NCBI GenBank assembly: GCA_946493775.1
Contig: CAMMBC010000005.1
Coordinates: 3,417-67,416, forward strand
Reading direction: 5' to 3'
Length of the DNA stretch: 64,000 nt
From: an uncultured Ruminococcus sp.
GTDB lineage: Bacteria; Bacillota; Clostridia; Oscillospirales; Ruminococcaceae
A model generated the notes under the pieces. It did not search any database, was not told the origin of the DNA, and saw only the letters and a program-made list of their open reading frames with translations. Positions 29,318 to 39,146 of this stretch are shown here, piece after piece; position 1 is the first letter of the stretch; each line of letters starts with the position of its first letter. The position numbers were made by a program, and so were the translations under genes.

Positions 29318-31552
29318 TTAGCTTTTGTATTTGGTGAAGTATTCAAATGTAACATCTCCGCTGGTTGGTAATGCAGTATTAATATATCCTAAAATTGAAT
29401 TATCTGATGGTTTTACATTCTCAACTATCGATACATTTCTATTTCCAGCTACAGTATAGTTTGCAACTTTTATCTGACCAAATATTCTTGAATCAGTGCT
29501 ACCAGGAAAATTTATATTACTATTAGGTCCATAAACTATACCCTGTATAATCGTATTATTTGTTCCAACATTAAATGTAAAACCATCTGGCAATAAAACA
29601 AATATATTAGTTTCAGTTACACTTGTGTCTATAGAAGAACTATTTAATGGAGCAAACGTCGTTTCACACAAGACAGGTATATTATTCATATGAGTCATTG
29701 TTACTGATACGTCAGAGTTATTTTTATTATAATACACCTCTGTCATATTATCTGGATTATAATACATAACATACAAAAAATAATCTCCTAGCTTATTTGA
29801 ATTATCTACTCTTATTTGTCCTTTGAAATCTCCTTTAGGTATAAGCAAAATAATATCTTCATCTGTTATTTTTATTGTGTATTTACAGTTTTCACTCATC
29901 TGATCTGCTGTAAGTCTGCAGCTTTTATAAATATTCACTCCATTGCCATTTACTATAGAATTGCTGTCTGTATAGCTTGAAACATCAATTTCTCCAGTTA
30001 AAGTAGTATACTTGCTATCAAGCGTATGATTTAACGCATCATCGTATTTATCCTGAATATATTTGGCTGCTGCCGCTTTCGCTGAATCTGGATTACCTAT
30101 ATATCCATCATTAAACATATTATTAGGCGAAGCGTTTTTACATATACTAGGCTGACTAATAGTTGGATTATCATTTACACCGTATTCATAAAGTCCAGGT
30201 GCATAATCCATAGAAGGTTTTTGACTTCTAGCATCTGTAGGAAATTGACTACTGTCCTGCACAATATTACTGATATTGTTATTAATTCTATCTTTATTGA
30301 AGCCTTCATCCTTGCCATATCGAAAACCGTTTTCATCATAAATTTCACCGGTACAATAAATTTTACCGATCACATTTAACTTCCCCTGTAAAATATGAAT
30401 ATCCCCATCAACAACTAAATCTCCATTTATAGTACTTGTATTCATTGCATTACACACAAAATCCCCATCTTGCGATATACCATCATTTGATATGCCTTTA
30501 TAGCAATATATATTTCCGTAAATGTTAGGGATCCCATTCGAGTTTGGTTCCATATAGTTATCCTTAATATCTTGTTTAAAGACAGAAATATTTTTTAAAC
30601 GTCTTGTTCCGGTTGAAGCGTCATAATACATATATGAATCCGGTATACTACCTATCATTACACCTCTGCAATAAATATCAATATCATTAGTTGCATCTCC
30701 TATACTACCGCCCTGACCCAAGATAATAAATTTCTTATCTGTATTTATATAACCATTTTTATTAAGTAAGTTATTTTTATCATAAGTTGTTCCAGGTGTT
30801 TTAGTTGTTGTAGATGTGTTACCGTTTACATCTGTTTTTCCTACATCTGTCTTAATTGTGAAGTTATAAATTGCAATATTTCCAATAGCAGTTATTGTAG
30901 GTGCACTTCCATTCTTTGTATCAACAAAGGTTTGAGAAGTTGAATTTTTTCCAAAGAATAGATTGCCATTAGAATAAAAATTACTCTTATATTCACCATT
31001 ACTGTTAAAAAAAGTGGTTACCGTCGTAGGAGAATTATTCTCTAACATTACATCTCCTCCAACAGGGGCTGCAATATCGACCACATTATAACTTCCATTT
31101 GTCTCAATTGCATTATTTGATTCATAACTATTAGCAGCTGTAATGCTGAAAACAGCGCTAGCAACCTCAGTTTCCCCTGCATAAGTCGCCTCAGACTTTA
31201 CAACAACGCCGCTTCCGCTTTTATAAATTTTAATTTCACACGTGCCGGCATCCGTAATAAGATTGCCTGCCGCATCCTGCATTCGTACGTCAACTGTTGT
31301 TGCGCTGTTTTCATTAGCACCCGCAATCGACACCAGGTCGTCATAAATTCCGCCAAAGCTGTTTATATACTCCTGCAAATAATTCTGTGCAGTAATCTCC
31401 GCCTGGGTGCTGCGGATATTGTTATTGGACACCTTCGTGGAATAATTAGCCAGTGAAAGCGCCAGACTGGCAATCAGCATGCACACCGTAGTAAAGCATA
31501 TTACCGTAAGCAGAACTGAACCCTTGCGGTTCTTCTTCATTCGCTTCTTCAT
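29318..31552 (-). CDS. Giant PilX/PilK-like minor pilin (putative tip or adhesin subunit)
   Basis: MKKRMKKNRKG|SVLLTVICFTTVCMLIASLAL is a pilin-like hydrophobic N-terminus lacking Glu+5. About 700 further aa are rich in Asn, Thr, Ser and Gly. The ATG at 31552 follows GGTGG. Confidence 0.65.
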   Translation of the reverse strand: MKKRMKKNRKGSVLLTVICFTTVCMLIASLALSLANYSTKVSNNNIRSTQAEITAQNYLQEYINSFGGIYDDLVSIAGANENSATTVDVRMQDAAGNLITDAGTCEIKIYKSGSGVVVKSEATYAGETEVASAVFSITAANSYESNNAIETNGSYNVVDIAAPVGGDVMLENNSPTTVTTFFNSNGEYKSNFYSNGNLFFGKNSTSQTFVDTKNGSAPTITAIGNIAIYNFTIKTDVGKTDVNGNTSTTTKTPGTTYDKNNLLNKNGYINTDKKFIILGQGGSIGDATNDIDIYCRGVMIGSIPDSYMYYDASTGTRRLKNISVFKQDIKDNYMEPNSNGIPNIYGNIYCYKGISNDGISQDGDFVCNAMNTSTINGDLVVDGDIHILQGKLNVIGKIYCTGEIYDENGFRYGKDEGFNKDRINNNISNIVQDSSQFPTDARSQKPSMDYAPGLYEYGVNDNPTISQPSICKNASPNNMFNDGYIGNPDSAKAAAAKYIQDKYDDALNHTLDSKYTTLTGEIDVSSYTDSNSIVNGNGVNIYKSCRLTADQMSENCKYTIKITDEDIILLIPKGDFKGQIRVDNSNKLGDYFLYVMYYNPDNMTEVYYNKNNSDVSVTMTHMNNIPVLCETTFAPLNSSSIDTSVTETNIFVLLPDGFTFNVGTNNTIIQGIVYGPNSNINFPGSTDSRIFGQIKVANYTVAGNRNVSIVENVKPSDNSILGYINTALPTSGDVTFEYFTKYKS

Positions 31553-31679
31553 AATTACCACCTTTCCATAAAATAAAACATTACACTCGATTGACTATAA
31601 TAAAAATTTTAATCATTATATAACACTTTTCGGCAGGGGCATTTTCAGCCGTCTGCCTGCCAAAAAATGTATTATAATT

Positions 31680-32438
31680 TTATTCAGCCTCCGACTCAGC
31701 GGCGCTTTCCGTCGAAGCGGAAGTATCCGTCTGGGAGTCTGCGTTCGCATTCAGCATCTCTTCGGGAGATGGGAGTTTCGGAAGCATCATCAGGTTCATT
31801 GTCATCGTGCCTTCAATATCCGCAGCATTTACGTCGGTTATCGTGCAGTTTGTAACAACAAGGCTCTTCTCATTGTTAGTAGTAAGCTTGTCGAGGAAGG
31901 ACTTGAGGTCGTCGAACTTGCATGTAAAACCGAACGAAACTGTGTAGCATGGGATAGTTACAGCCGTAACGGCTTCCGGATCGGTGGCTGCAGCAGCTGC
32001 GGCGTCGGTAGCCGCCGTATCAGTCTGACCCTCTACTACCCGATCGATATCTGTCTGCAGCAAGGTGCTGGTATAGCCGAACCTGTCAAGCACTACCGAA
32101 GAATAAGCCGAAATAGTCAGGCTGTCGTTCTGAATGCTATCCCGATCCAGAAGGGTATCGACAGTTTCCGCAACGTCGTCGGTAGAAAGTGTTGAGTAGA
32201 ATTTACTCGCTATATCGGAAGTATCGTTGTACGCCTCCTCAACTCTCTGAGGAAGATCTACCTCGCTCTCTACCTGCTCTCTTTTCTGCTCGTACTCCGT
32301 AACCTTGTCGGTATATGTGGTGCTGGCGCTGTTCATATCTTCAAACGCCGGCTTGATGAAAAACATTATTCCGGCAGCCCATACCACAACAACCAGAACC
32401 GAAATCAAAAGAACTTTATCTCTGTATGTAAGCTTCAT
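31680..32438 (-). CDS. pilO: PilO-like pilus assembly protein
   Basis: Single N-terminal TM (LLISVLVVVVWAAGIMFFI), then a coiled-coil and a globular domain. Sits immediately after pilMN with a 1-nt overlap. Confidence 0.6.
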   Translation of the reverse strand: MKLTYRDKVLLISVLVVVVWAAGIMFFIKPAFEDMNSASTTYTDKVTEYEQKREQVESEVDLPQRVEEAYNDTSDIASKFYSTLSTDDVAETVDTLLDRDSIQNDSLTISAYSSVVLDRFGYTSTLLQTDIDRVVEGQTDTAATDAAAAAATDPEAVTAVTIPCYTVSFGFTCKFDDLKSFLDKLTTNNEKSLVVTNCTITDVNAADIEGTMTMNLMMLPKLPSPEEMLNANADSQTDTSASTESAAESEAE

Positions 32439-33916
32439 TATTCCTCACCCTGTCCTTTCATATAAAGCTGGAGCGACGTGATTACAACGGGATCGTCGCT
32501 TTCGCCCGTTCCGGTGTATCCGGAAAACTGAACGTCGGCAAAATAATTAAGGTTTTTAATAGCCCTTACAAACTCCGGAGCCTCAAGCTGTTCGGTAAGC
32601 GTTACATTTGAGATGGTTACAAGACCCTGAGTCTCATCGTAAGAAAATCCCTCGTATGTAATATCCGAGCCGGTTGCCGAATCTATCTGATCAAACACCT
32701 GCTTTTTAAGCACCGGAAGTGTGTCGAGATTATTCTTGGCATTTTCAACAATTACCTTATAACTGTCAATAACGGTAAGGTAATTGTGATAAAGCTGGTT
32801 TTCTTCAATTATTGCGTCGCATTCAGCAATGTCGTTTTCCGTAGCGGCAATATCGTCCCGGATACCATCCTCTCTGATTCCTATAAAGAGTGTGATAGCG
32901 GCTATTGCAATTGCCGAAGCGCATATTATAACGCCTGCCGTAACCAGAAGCGAGCTTACTCCGGCACTTGACTTTCCGGTAGAGGAATCAACCTCCAGAA
33001 GATTGATTCGCTCAGTCTGCTTATTTCTCCTGTACAGAGCTCCTATCGCGTTGGCGAAAACCGTAAACTCAAAATTTTCATATCCCGTGATCTGAGCGGG
33101 AACTCCAAGAATAGACGCCTTGATATCAAGCTCGTCAAGAGCGTCAACAAGCTTGATGTAATCGTCGATCTGTCCGTACAAAATTACATTGTCAAGTCCC
33201 GGACCGCCTCTTGCCTTATTGAACTGCTCCATTCTGAAAATATTCTCGTTGAGAGCCTCAATAAGATAATCCTCAGTTTCATAATCCTCCGGTGAGATAG
33301 GAACGTATCTCGCAAACGCCATCTGTCCGTTCTCAAACAAAGTAAGTCCGAGGAAGTTATTGTCAAGCTGACATACCAGCAAAGGCATTTTTTCAATATT
33401 TGACTTATCGGCAAGAACAATTCTTGAAATTGAGTTACAGCTGATATTTACCGATTTCAGATTAAGGCTCATTATATTGAACAGCTTTCTGAAAGCTTCA
33501 ACTATAGAGCTGGGACAAGCAGTTGCCAGAACCTTGAGAGCTCCCGGATTTTCCTCTCCTGCCTCTCCTACTATAGTATACGAAATGGAATACTCATCAG
33601 TGATACCCATCTCCTGACTCATATGGTTCTGAACCATTGTCAGGAATTCGTTGCCCTTTGCCTTAGGAACAACAAGCTCCTTAAACACGATATTACTGGA
33701 CGAGAACGTAACGATCGCATCCTTGTCATCCATCACTTCCGCTTTTAAATTGGTAGTGAGCAGATCGGCAAGACCGGAAAGGTTTATAACCTCGCCGTTA
33801 ATAATCATATCCTCCGGAACATCTACGGTCAGAGATTTTTCGATTCTGATCTTATTGGCGGAGTTATCGCCCATAACAATATTAATTTGTCTATCAGATA
33901 TGTCAAATGACAGCAT
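32438..33916 (-). CDS. pilM: PilM-PilN fusion protein
   Basis: About 320 aa of actin-like PilM-type N-terminal domain, then a TM segment (LLVTAGVIICASAIAIAAITLFI), then a C-terminal PilN-like periplasmic domain. Confidence 0.7.
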   Translation of the reverse strand: MLSFDISDRQINIVMGDNSANKIRIEKSLTVDVPEDMIINGEVINLSGLADLLTTNLKAEVMDDKDAIVTFSSSNIVFKELVVPKAKGNEFLTMVQNHMSQEMGITDEYSISYTIVGEAGEENPGALKVLATACPSSIVEAFRKLFNIMSLNLKSVNISCNSISRIVLADKSNIEKMPLLVCQLDNNFLGLTLFENGQMAFARYVPISPEDYETEDYLIEALNENIFRMEQFNKARGGPGLDNVILYGQIDDYIKLVDALDELDIKASILGVPAQITGYENFEFTVFANAIGALYRRNKQTERINLLEVDSSTGKSSAGVSSLLVTAGVIICASAIAIAAITLFIGIREDGIRDDIAATENDIAECDAIIEENQLYHNYLTVIDSYKVIVENAKNNLDTLPVLKKQVFDQIDSATGSDITYEGFSYDETQGLVTISNVTLTEQLEAPEFVRAIKNLNYFADVQFSGYTGTGESDDPVVITSLQLYMKGQGEE

Positions 33917-33950
33917 CTATCCTTCACCTCATTCTATAAATATAAAAATA

Positions 33951-35147
33951 TTAACTGTTTTCAATTCCTTCCATTCCGCCGTAAAGCATCGGGAATATAG
34001 CTACAAGACAAAGACCGATGGCAAGACCCATGATAATAATCATAAGAGGCTCCATCAGGCCGACAAGTCTTTCAACTGCCGCATCGGCTTCTTCTTCATA
34101 GTAGTCTGCGGTTTTTTCAAGGATCTCGTCAAGCGCACCGGATTCCTCACCGACGTAAATGATCGAGCAGAACATACCCTCGAATATTTCCGTTCTTGAC
34201 AGCGATTGAGAAAGAGGAGCTCCCTGCTTGACCTCGTCGATTACCTGAATGAACAATTTATCTACATATGAGTTGCCGAGTATTCTCGACGAACGTTCAA
34301 GACATTCAACCATTGAAATACCGCTGGAATAAAGCGAAGACAGTGTTCTTGCAAATCTGCCCTCATAAATTTTAACCATAAGAGGACCGACCGCAGGCAT
34401 TTTTATCTTGATCCTGTCATACCAAAGCCTTACCGATTCAACCTTGAGCATATATATCCAGCCGATTATAATAATTACGATAGCCGCGATAAGTATGTAC
34501 CATCTTGCTTTGATGAAATCGCTGAATGCAAACATTCCCTTCTGGAGAGCGTTCATGTTCTCTTCGCCCATCATTCCCGCAAACTGAGGCAGGATAAGGG
34601 TAAACATTCCGATTACCATTACAATACACAGAATACCCAGTATAATAGGATATGTCATTGCGCTTTTAACCTTGTTGTTCAGCTTGTTGCTGTTAGCATA
34701 ATAATCGCTCAGACGCTGCATGGTTATATCAAGGTTACCGGCAGATTCACCGGCTTCCACCATGCTTATAAAAAAGTCGGGGAAGCTTCCCTTACGCGCT
34801 TCAAGCGCCTCGGTAAAGGTAGAGCCTTTGTTTACGTCCTCGTAAACGCCCAGCCAGGTTTCTTTCGCGCCCTTGTTTTCCTCCTCCTTATAGAGAATAT
34901 CCAAAGCCTTAACGATTGTAAGACCAGACGACATCATCGCCGCCAGCTGACGGCAGGAAAAAGCCAGCGCTTTGGTTTTAAACTTATACACGCTCTTCTT
35001 GGAGCCGCCTAAAGCCTCGCTGTAGCTGACGCAGAACCATCCCTGCTCGTGAATCTTGTCAAGTACCTCCTGCTCGTTCTCCGCCTCAATAATACCTTTC
35101 ATTGTCTTTCCGGCGGTATCCTTAGCAACATAGGTAAAATTTTTCAT
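33951..35147 (-). CDS. pilC: Type IV pilus platform protein (GspF/PilC family)
   Basis: 398 aa with a duplicated T2SS-F domain and three TM regions. SD is GGAGGTG. Confidence 0.9.
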   Translation of the reverse strand: MKNFTYVAKDTAGKTMKGIIEAENEQEVLDKIHEQGWFCVSYSEALGGSKKSVYKFKTKALAFSCRQLAAMMSSGLTIVKALDILYKEEENKGAKETWLGVYEDVNKGSTFTEALEARKGSFPDFFISMVEAGESAGNLDITMQRLSDYYANSNKLNNKVKSAMTYPIILGILCIVMVIGMFTLILPQFAGMMGEENMNALQKGMFAFSDFIKARWYILIAAIVIIIIGWIYMLKVESVRLWYDRIKIKMPAVGPLMVKIYEGRFARTLSSLYSSGISMVECLERSSRILGNSYVDKLFIQVIDEVKQGAPLSQSLSRTEIFEGMFCSIIYVGEESGALDEILEKTADYYEEEADAAVERLVGLMEPLMIIIMGLAIGLCLVAIFPMLYGGMEGIENS

Positions 35148-35191
35148 TTTTCTAGTTACACCTCCACTATGTCAATGCATTTCGGCACCTG

Positions 35192-35247
35192 TTATCACGA
35201 AACCAACACAAAACGCATTTTTATCATTATAACATTTTTCGTGATAA
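35192..35247. repeat. Perfect 11-bp inverted repeat bracketing the pilC -10 element
   Basis: ttatcacgaaa at 35192-35202 and tttcgtgataa at 35237-35247, separated by a 34-nt spacer. One arm lies in the -35/-10 spacer and the other in the early 5' UTR. Confidence 0.7.
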
Positions 35248-35254
35248 TAATCAA
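35226..35254 (-). promoter_or_regulatory. Sigma-A-type promoter of the pilC operon
   Basis: On the minus strand: TTGATT, a 17-nt spacer, then TATAAT. It lies about 75 nt upstream of the pilC ATG. Confidence 0.6.
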
Positions 35255-35304
35255 TAAATAAGTGAATATTTTTTGCAATTTCATTGACAAAATATCCAGA
35301 TGTT

Positions 35305-35334
35305 TTTTATTCAATCTAACCAAATTGAATAAAA
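35305..35334. repeat. Perfect 11-bp inverted repeat upstream of the pilC promoter
   Basis: ttttattcaat, 8 nt, attgaataaaa. All A/T except one base pair. No U run follows on the minus strand. Confidence 0.6.
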
Positions 35335-35402
35335 TAAATATTAATAGCTTCTTTTAATTAAACAATAAAGCAGCCTGTACTGCGTTATGTCGTGATGAGA
35401 TC

Positions 35403-35969
35403 TCAGTTATCAGTCAGTTCAGCTTCTTCTGCCGCCGGTTCCGTCTGACGCAGAACAACCGGATGCTTTTTAACATAGAGCTTAAAGGAAAGGAGATACA
35501 TCAAAAAGCAGAACGCAAGAATAAGACCTATACCGAGCGCCACGCTCAAAGTATACTCAATGCCTGCCCTTCGGTGTAGCCAGCTGCATGGAAAATAAAA
35601 AAACTCGTAAAAAATTTTTCCTTTTCCTTCGGCATTAAAGGAATCCCTGAATATAGCAGGAACGAAATAAATCAGCAGCATAAGTATCAGAGTAATAGTT
35701 ACGTTTACGCTGCTCCATGCCTCGTACGCCGCATGACGTTTTCCGTCGTCAAGAAAAATTATTCCCAGCACTGCCAGCATAGTGAGCCAAGCCACAACGG
35801 ATCCGTTGTCTGAACTGGTAAAAAAGCTGTTTATCCCACTCATGGAATCGGGCACAAAGGATGCCAGTATCGGAAAAAACAGCTTTCCGAATATCAGTGC
35901 AAGAACAAGCGACGCAAGCATAAGCCCTATTCTTGCCAGCGTATAAAGAAGAAATTTAAGCGAATCCAT
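35403..35969 (-). CDS. Hypothetical polytopic membrane protein
   Basis: MDSLKFLLYTLARIGLMLASLVLALIF..., about 5 hydrophobic segments. The ATG at 35969 follows GGAGG. Confidence 0.55.
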   Translation of the reverse strand: MDSLKFLLYTLARIGLMLASLVLALIFGKLFFPILASFVPDSMSGINSFFTSSDNGSVVAWLTMLAVLGIIFLDDGKRHAAYEAWSSVNVTITLILMLLIYFVPAIFRDSFNAEGKGKIFYEFFYFPCSWLHRRAGIEYTLSVALGIGLILAFCFLMYLLSFKLYVKKHPVVLRQTEPAAEEAELTDN

Positions 35970-36282
35970 CGCCTTACCTCCATTTTTACTCAATTTGTTA
36001 TCTATGTAAAAACAAGCAACAGAAATCCTTCTGCCATTGTTCAAAATGCTAATAATTCAACAAAATTATTATACCATATATATTTAATAAATACAACAGT
36101 TTTTTTACCGCTATGCTTGAAAATTTTACAGGCGTAAATATTTCAGGGCGCACTGCTGTAATCAAAATACATATTTTATAAAACCATATTCCCAATGCAA
36201 TAAAAGCCTGCCTTTCCGTCCGATTTCTCAGACAGAAGGCAGGCAGCACTGTCTCAGGATCTCAATTCCGGATATGAACGCT

Positions 36283-36960
36283 CTAATATCCTAAGCTTTC
36301 CTTTACTATAATAACCTTAAATCGGTTTTTCTTTCTCTGCCATGCTGACACTACATAATTGCAGCACACTCTGCCCTCACCAGCGCAGCCCGAAGGCATA
36401 TCTCCGCCGTTTTTCAGCGATATGCACTCTCCCGTCTGTGAGCACGGGGTTTCACAGTCAAGACGGATACAGTTAGCCGGCGCCGCACAGGTCTTGACCC
36501 TTCTTACCGCTTCGTCCAGATCTCTTACCAGCTTATTGATTCCCACCACGAAAATTACCGACCGGGGACCGTAGCATATTGCAGCGACCCGGTTCGAGTT
36601 TCCGTCAACATTATAAAGCTGACCGTTCTCGGTCACTGCGTTTGCAGACGTAAGATAAGTATCGGCAAAAAACGCCTTTCTGTACATTTCCTCGGTTTCC
36701 TCTCTGCTCTTGGCCTCAGAACGATCGATAAAATCATATCTGCCGCTTTTCATCAGCTCCATTACCCCGCTTTCGGCAAGAGTTGCCGAACCGCCGCAGG
36801 TAATGGTTTCTCCATCCCTGAGAATACCCTCCACAAGCTTTACTGCTTCGGCACTGTTTTCAGCAACAAATACCTCCATATTATTTTTCCGGAGATTTGC
36901 CGCAGTTTTTTCGATTCTCTTTTCGATGACCGCTTCCATGTTCCTGTCCATGTATAACAT
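36283..36960 (-). CDS. LUD (lactate-utilization, YkgG/LutC-like) domain protein with a Cys-rich C-terminus
   Basis: The ITCGGSATLAESGV and NAVTENGQLYNVDGNSNRVAA pattern is typical of the LUD/DUF162 family. The C-terminus carries a cysteine cluster. Confidence 0.6.
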   Translation of the reverse strand: MLYMDRNMEAVIEKRIEKTAANLRKNNMEVFVAENSAEAVKLVEGILRDGETITCGGSATLAESGVMELMKSGRYDFIDRSEAKSREETEEMYRKAFFADTYLTSANAVTENGQLYNVDGNSNRVAAICYGPRSVIFVVGINKLVRDLDEAVRRVKTCAAPANCIRLDCETPCSQTGECISLKNGGDMPSGCAGEGRVCCNYVVSAWQRKKNRFKVIIVKESLGY

Positions 36961-36983
36961 ATCCTTTCAAAATAAAATATTTA

Positions 36984-39017
36984 TCAGTCGCTGACCTTCT
37001 GTGCAAACAGTCTTTCAGCCGCTTCTCTCAGACCCTTGTTTTCAGGCGATTTGAGATCAGGGTCGCTTTCCATTATAAGCCTTGCGTTTTTCTGGACCAG
37101 CAGAAGAATGTCGGTATCCTCTGACATATCGGCTATCTTCAATTTGGGCAGCCCGTGCTGACGGCTTCCGAAGAAATCTCCCGGACCGCGCAGCTTCAGA
37201 TCCTCCTCGGATATTCTGAATCCGTCAGAAGTCTTGGCAAGAATTCTCAGCCTTTTCCTTATCTCTTCCGTTACGTTATCGGTGATAAGAATACAGTACG
37301 ACTTGTATTTTCCCCTGCCTACGCGTCCTCTGAGCTGATGAAGCTGCGACAGACCAAATCTGTCCGAATTCTCTATCACCATTACTGCGGCGTTAGGAAC
37401 GTCCACGCCGACCTCAACTACAGTCGTTGATACAAGCAGATCAATATCTCCGTTTTTAAAGCTCTGCATGACCGAATCCTTTTCAGCGGACGAAAGCCTG
37501 CCGTGCAGAAGTCCTATTCTGTAATCGCAAAAATCCTCTGCTGCAAGCCTTTCGGCATAGCTCTTTACGTTTTGCAGATCAAGCTCGCTCTCCTCGATAG
37601 CGGGACAAACTATATATCCCTGACGCCCCTCGTCAAGCCTGTCCTTCACAAAGCCGAACGCTCTCTGCCGAAGCTTTCCGGTTACGGCATAGGTCTCCAC
37701 GGGCTGCCTGCCCTTTGGCAGCTCCTTTAGCACCGAAAGATCCAAGTCTCCGTAAATCATCAGCGCAAGCGTCCTTGGGATCGGCGTCGCCGACATTACC
37801 AGACGGTGCGGATTTTCCCCCTTGGCCGCAAGCATAGCCCTTTGCTCCACGCCGAAACGATGCTGCTCGTCGGTTATAACAAGTCCAAGATTATTGAATT
37901 CCGTTGATTGCTGAACAAGTGCATGTGTTCCAACTATCACCTGATATTCGCCGGACGCTATCTTTTCCTTCAGCGCTTTTTTCTGTTTTGCCGCAAGAGA
38001 ACCGGTAAGCAGACACACCTTGATACCAAGCTCCGAGAAAAATCCTGTCAGAGTTTCGTAATGCTGAATACTGAGTATCTCGGTAGGCGCCATAAGCGCG
38101 GTCTGATATCCGTTAAGCGCCGCAAAATAAGCGGCCCCGGCAGCGGCGGCAGTCTTTCCCGAGCCTACGTCACCCTGAATCAGCCTGTTCATAGGATATT
38201 CTCTGCACATATCTCTTGCACAGTCCTCTATAGCCGCTTTCTGACTGTCCGTCAGCTCAAACGGAAGCGAATCGTAAAACCGTTGAAGGGAAACGTTACG
38301 CATTACGCATCCTGTGCGGCTGCGGTTTTTTCTTCTGAGCAGATACATTCCAAGCTGAAGTGACAGAAGCTCGTCAAAAACCAACCGCCGTTTTGCAATA
38401 TCACGAGAATGGGTATCTTTCGGAAAATGAATGTTTTCATATGCAAAATCAAGGGAGCAAAGACAGTTTTCTCTCATTATCCGCTTGGGAAGCGGCTCAT
38501 ATATCTTTTTATCAAAGGAAGAAAGAGCACTTCGGACAGCCTGTCTTACCAGCTGCTGTGAAAGTCCGTCGGTAAGAGAATATACCGGCTGGATCTTTTC
38601 ATTGCTGTCCGCCGGTATGAATAAAGGCGAATTGATCTCTTTTCTGACCATATTGCCTGTTATTCTGCCGTGAAGAATATATTCCGAGCCTACGGACAGC
38701 TTATCAAACATAAAACCGCTGTTGTATATTATAATAGTAAGATCGGCGGTATCGTCAGTAAAAACTGCCTTATAAACAGTAAGACCTTTTCTTATCTGCG
38801 CAGCAGGAAATTTTTTCACTACTCTGCCTTTTACTGTACAGCTTTCGTTGACCGGGCAGCTTTTTATATCCACCGCAGATGTATAATCAATATAATCTCT
38901 CGGAAAATGGTTCAGAAGATCGTAAACACTGTTTATGCCCAGCTTCTGATAAAGTTCAGACCTTTTGGGTCCTACGCCCTTGAGATATGTCACAGGCTTT
39001 TCAAGCTCCGCCGGCAT
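36984..39017 (-). CDS. recG: ATP-dependent DNA helicase RecG
   Basis: Wedge domain followed by SF2 helicase motifs (GDVGSGKT, DEQHRFG, MSATPIPRT, QLHQLRGRVGRG). The ATG at 39017 lies 6 nt after GGGAGGG. Confidence 0.9.
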   Translation of the reverse strand: MPAELEKPVTYLKGVGPKRSELYQKLGINSVYDLLNHFPRDYIDYTSAVDIKSCPVNESCTVKGRVVKKFPAAQIRKGLTVYKAVFTDDTADLTIIIYNSGFMFDKLSVGSEYILHGRITGNMVRKEINSPLFIPADSNEKIQPVYSLTDGLSQQLVRQAVRSALSSFDKKIYEPLPKRIMRENCLCSLDFAYENIHFPKDTHSRDIAKRRLVFDELLSLQLGMYLLRRKNRSRTGCVMRNVSLQRFYDSLPFELTDSQKAAIEDCARDMCREYPMNRLIQGDVGSGKTAAAAGAAYFAALNGYQTALMAPTEILSIQHYETLTGFFSELGIKVCLLTGSLAAKQKKALKEKIASGEYQVIVGTHALVQQSTEFNNLGLVITDEQHRFGVEQRAMLAAKGENPHRLVMSATPIPRTLALMIYGDLDLSVLKELPKGRQPVETYAVTGKLRQRAFGFVKDRLDEGRQGYIVCPAIEESELDLQNVKSYAERLAAEDFCDYRIGLLHGRLSSAEKDSVMQSFKNGDIDLLVSTTVVEVGVDVPNAAVMVIENSDRFGLSQLHQLRGRVGRGKYKSYCILITDNVTEEIRKRLRILAKTSDGFRISEEDLKLRGPGDFFGSRQHGLPKLKIADMSEDTDILLLVQKNARLIMESDPDLKSPENKGLREAAERLFAQKVSD

Positions 39018-39146
39018 CACGATCCCTCCCTGCATTACTCCTTAGGCGATACGGCGCACAGTAATTGATCCGCAACGCTTTAAATAGATAATAGCATATT
39101 TTTATAAAAACTTCAAGCGATATGCCAAAGTAATTCCAAAACCAAC

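Noticed and set aside
28568-31200. The AT-rich stretch in the pilin genes, considered as a horizontally acquired island.
   Set aside because: The low GC coincides with Asn/Ile/Tyr/Thr-rich globular domains. The hydrophobic N-terminal parts of the same genes have normal composition. No mobility genes or flanking repeats are present. Amino-acid bias explains the pattern more simply, so I kept it only as a variable-module hypothesis.
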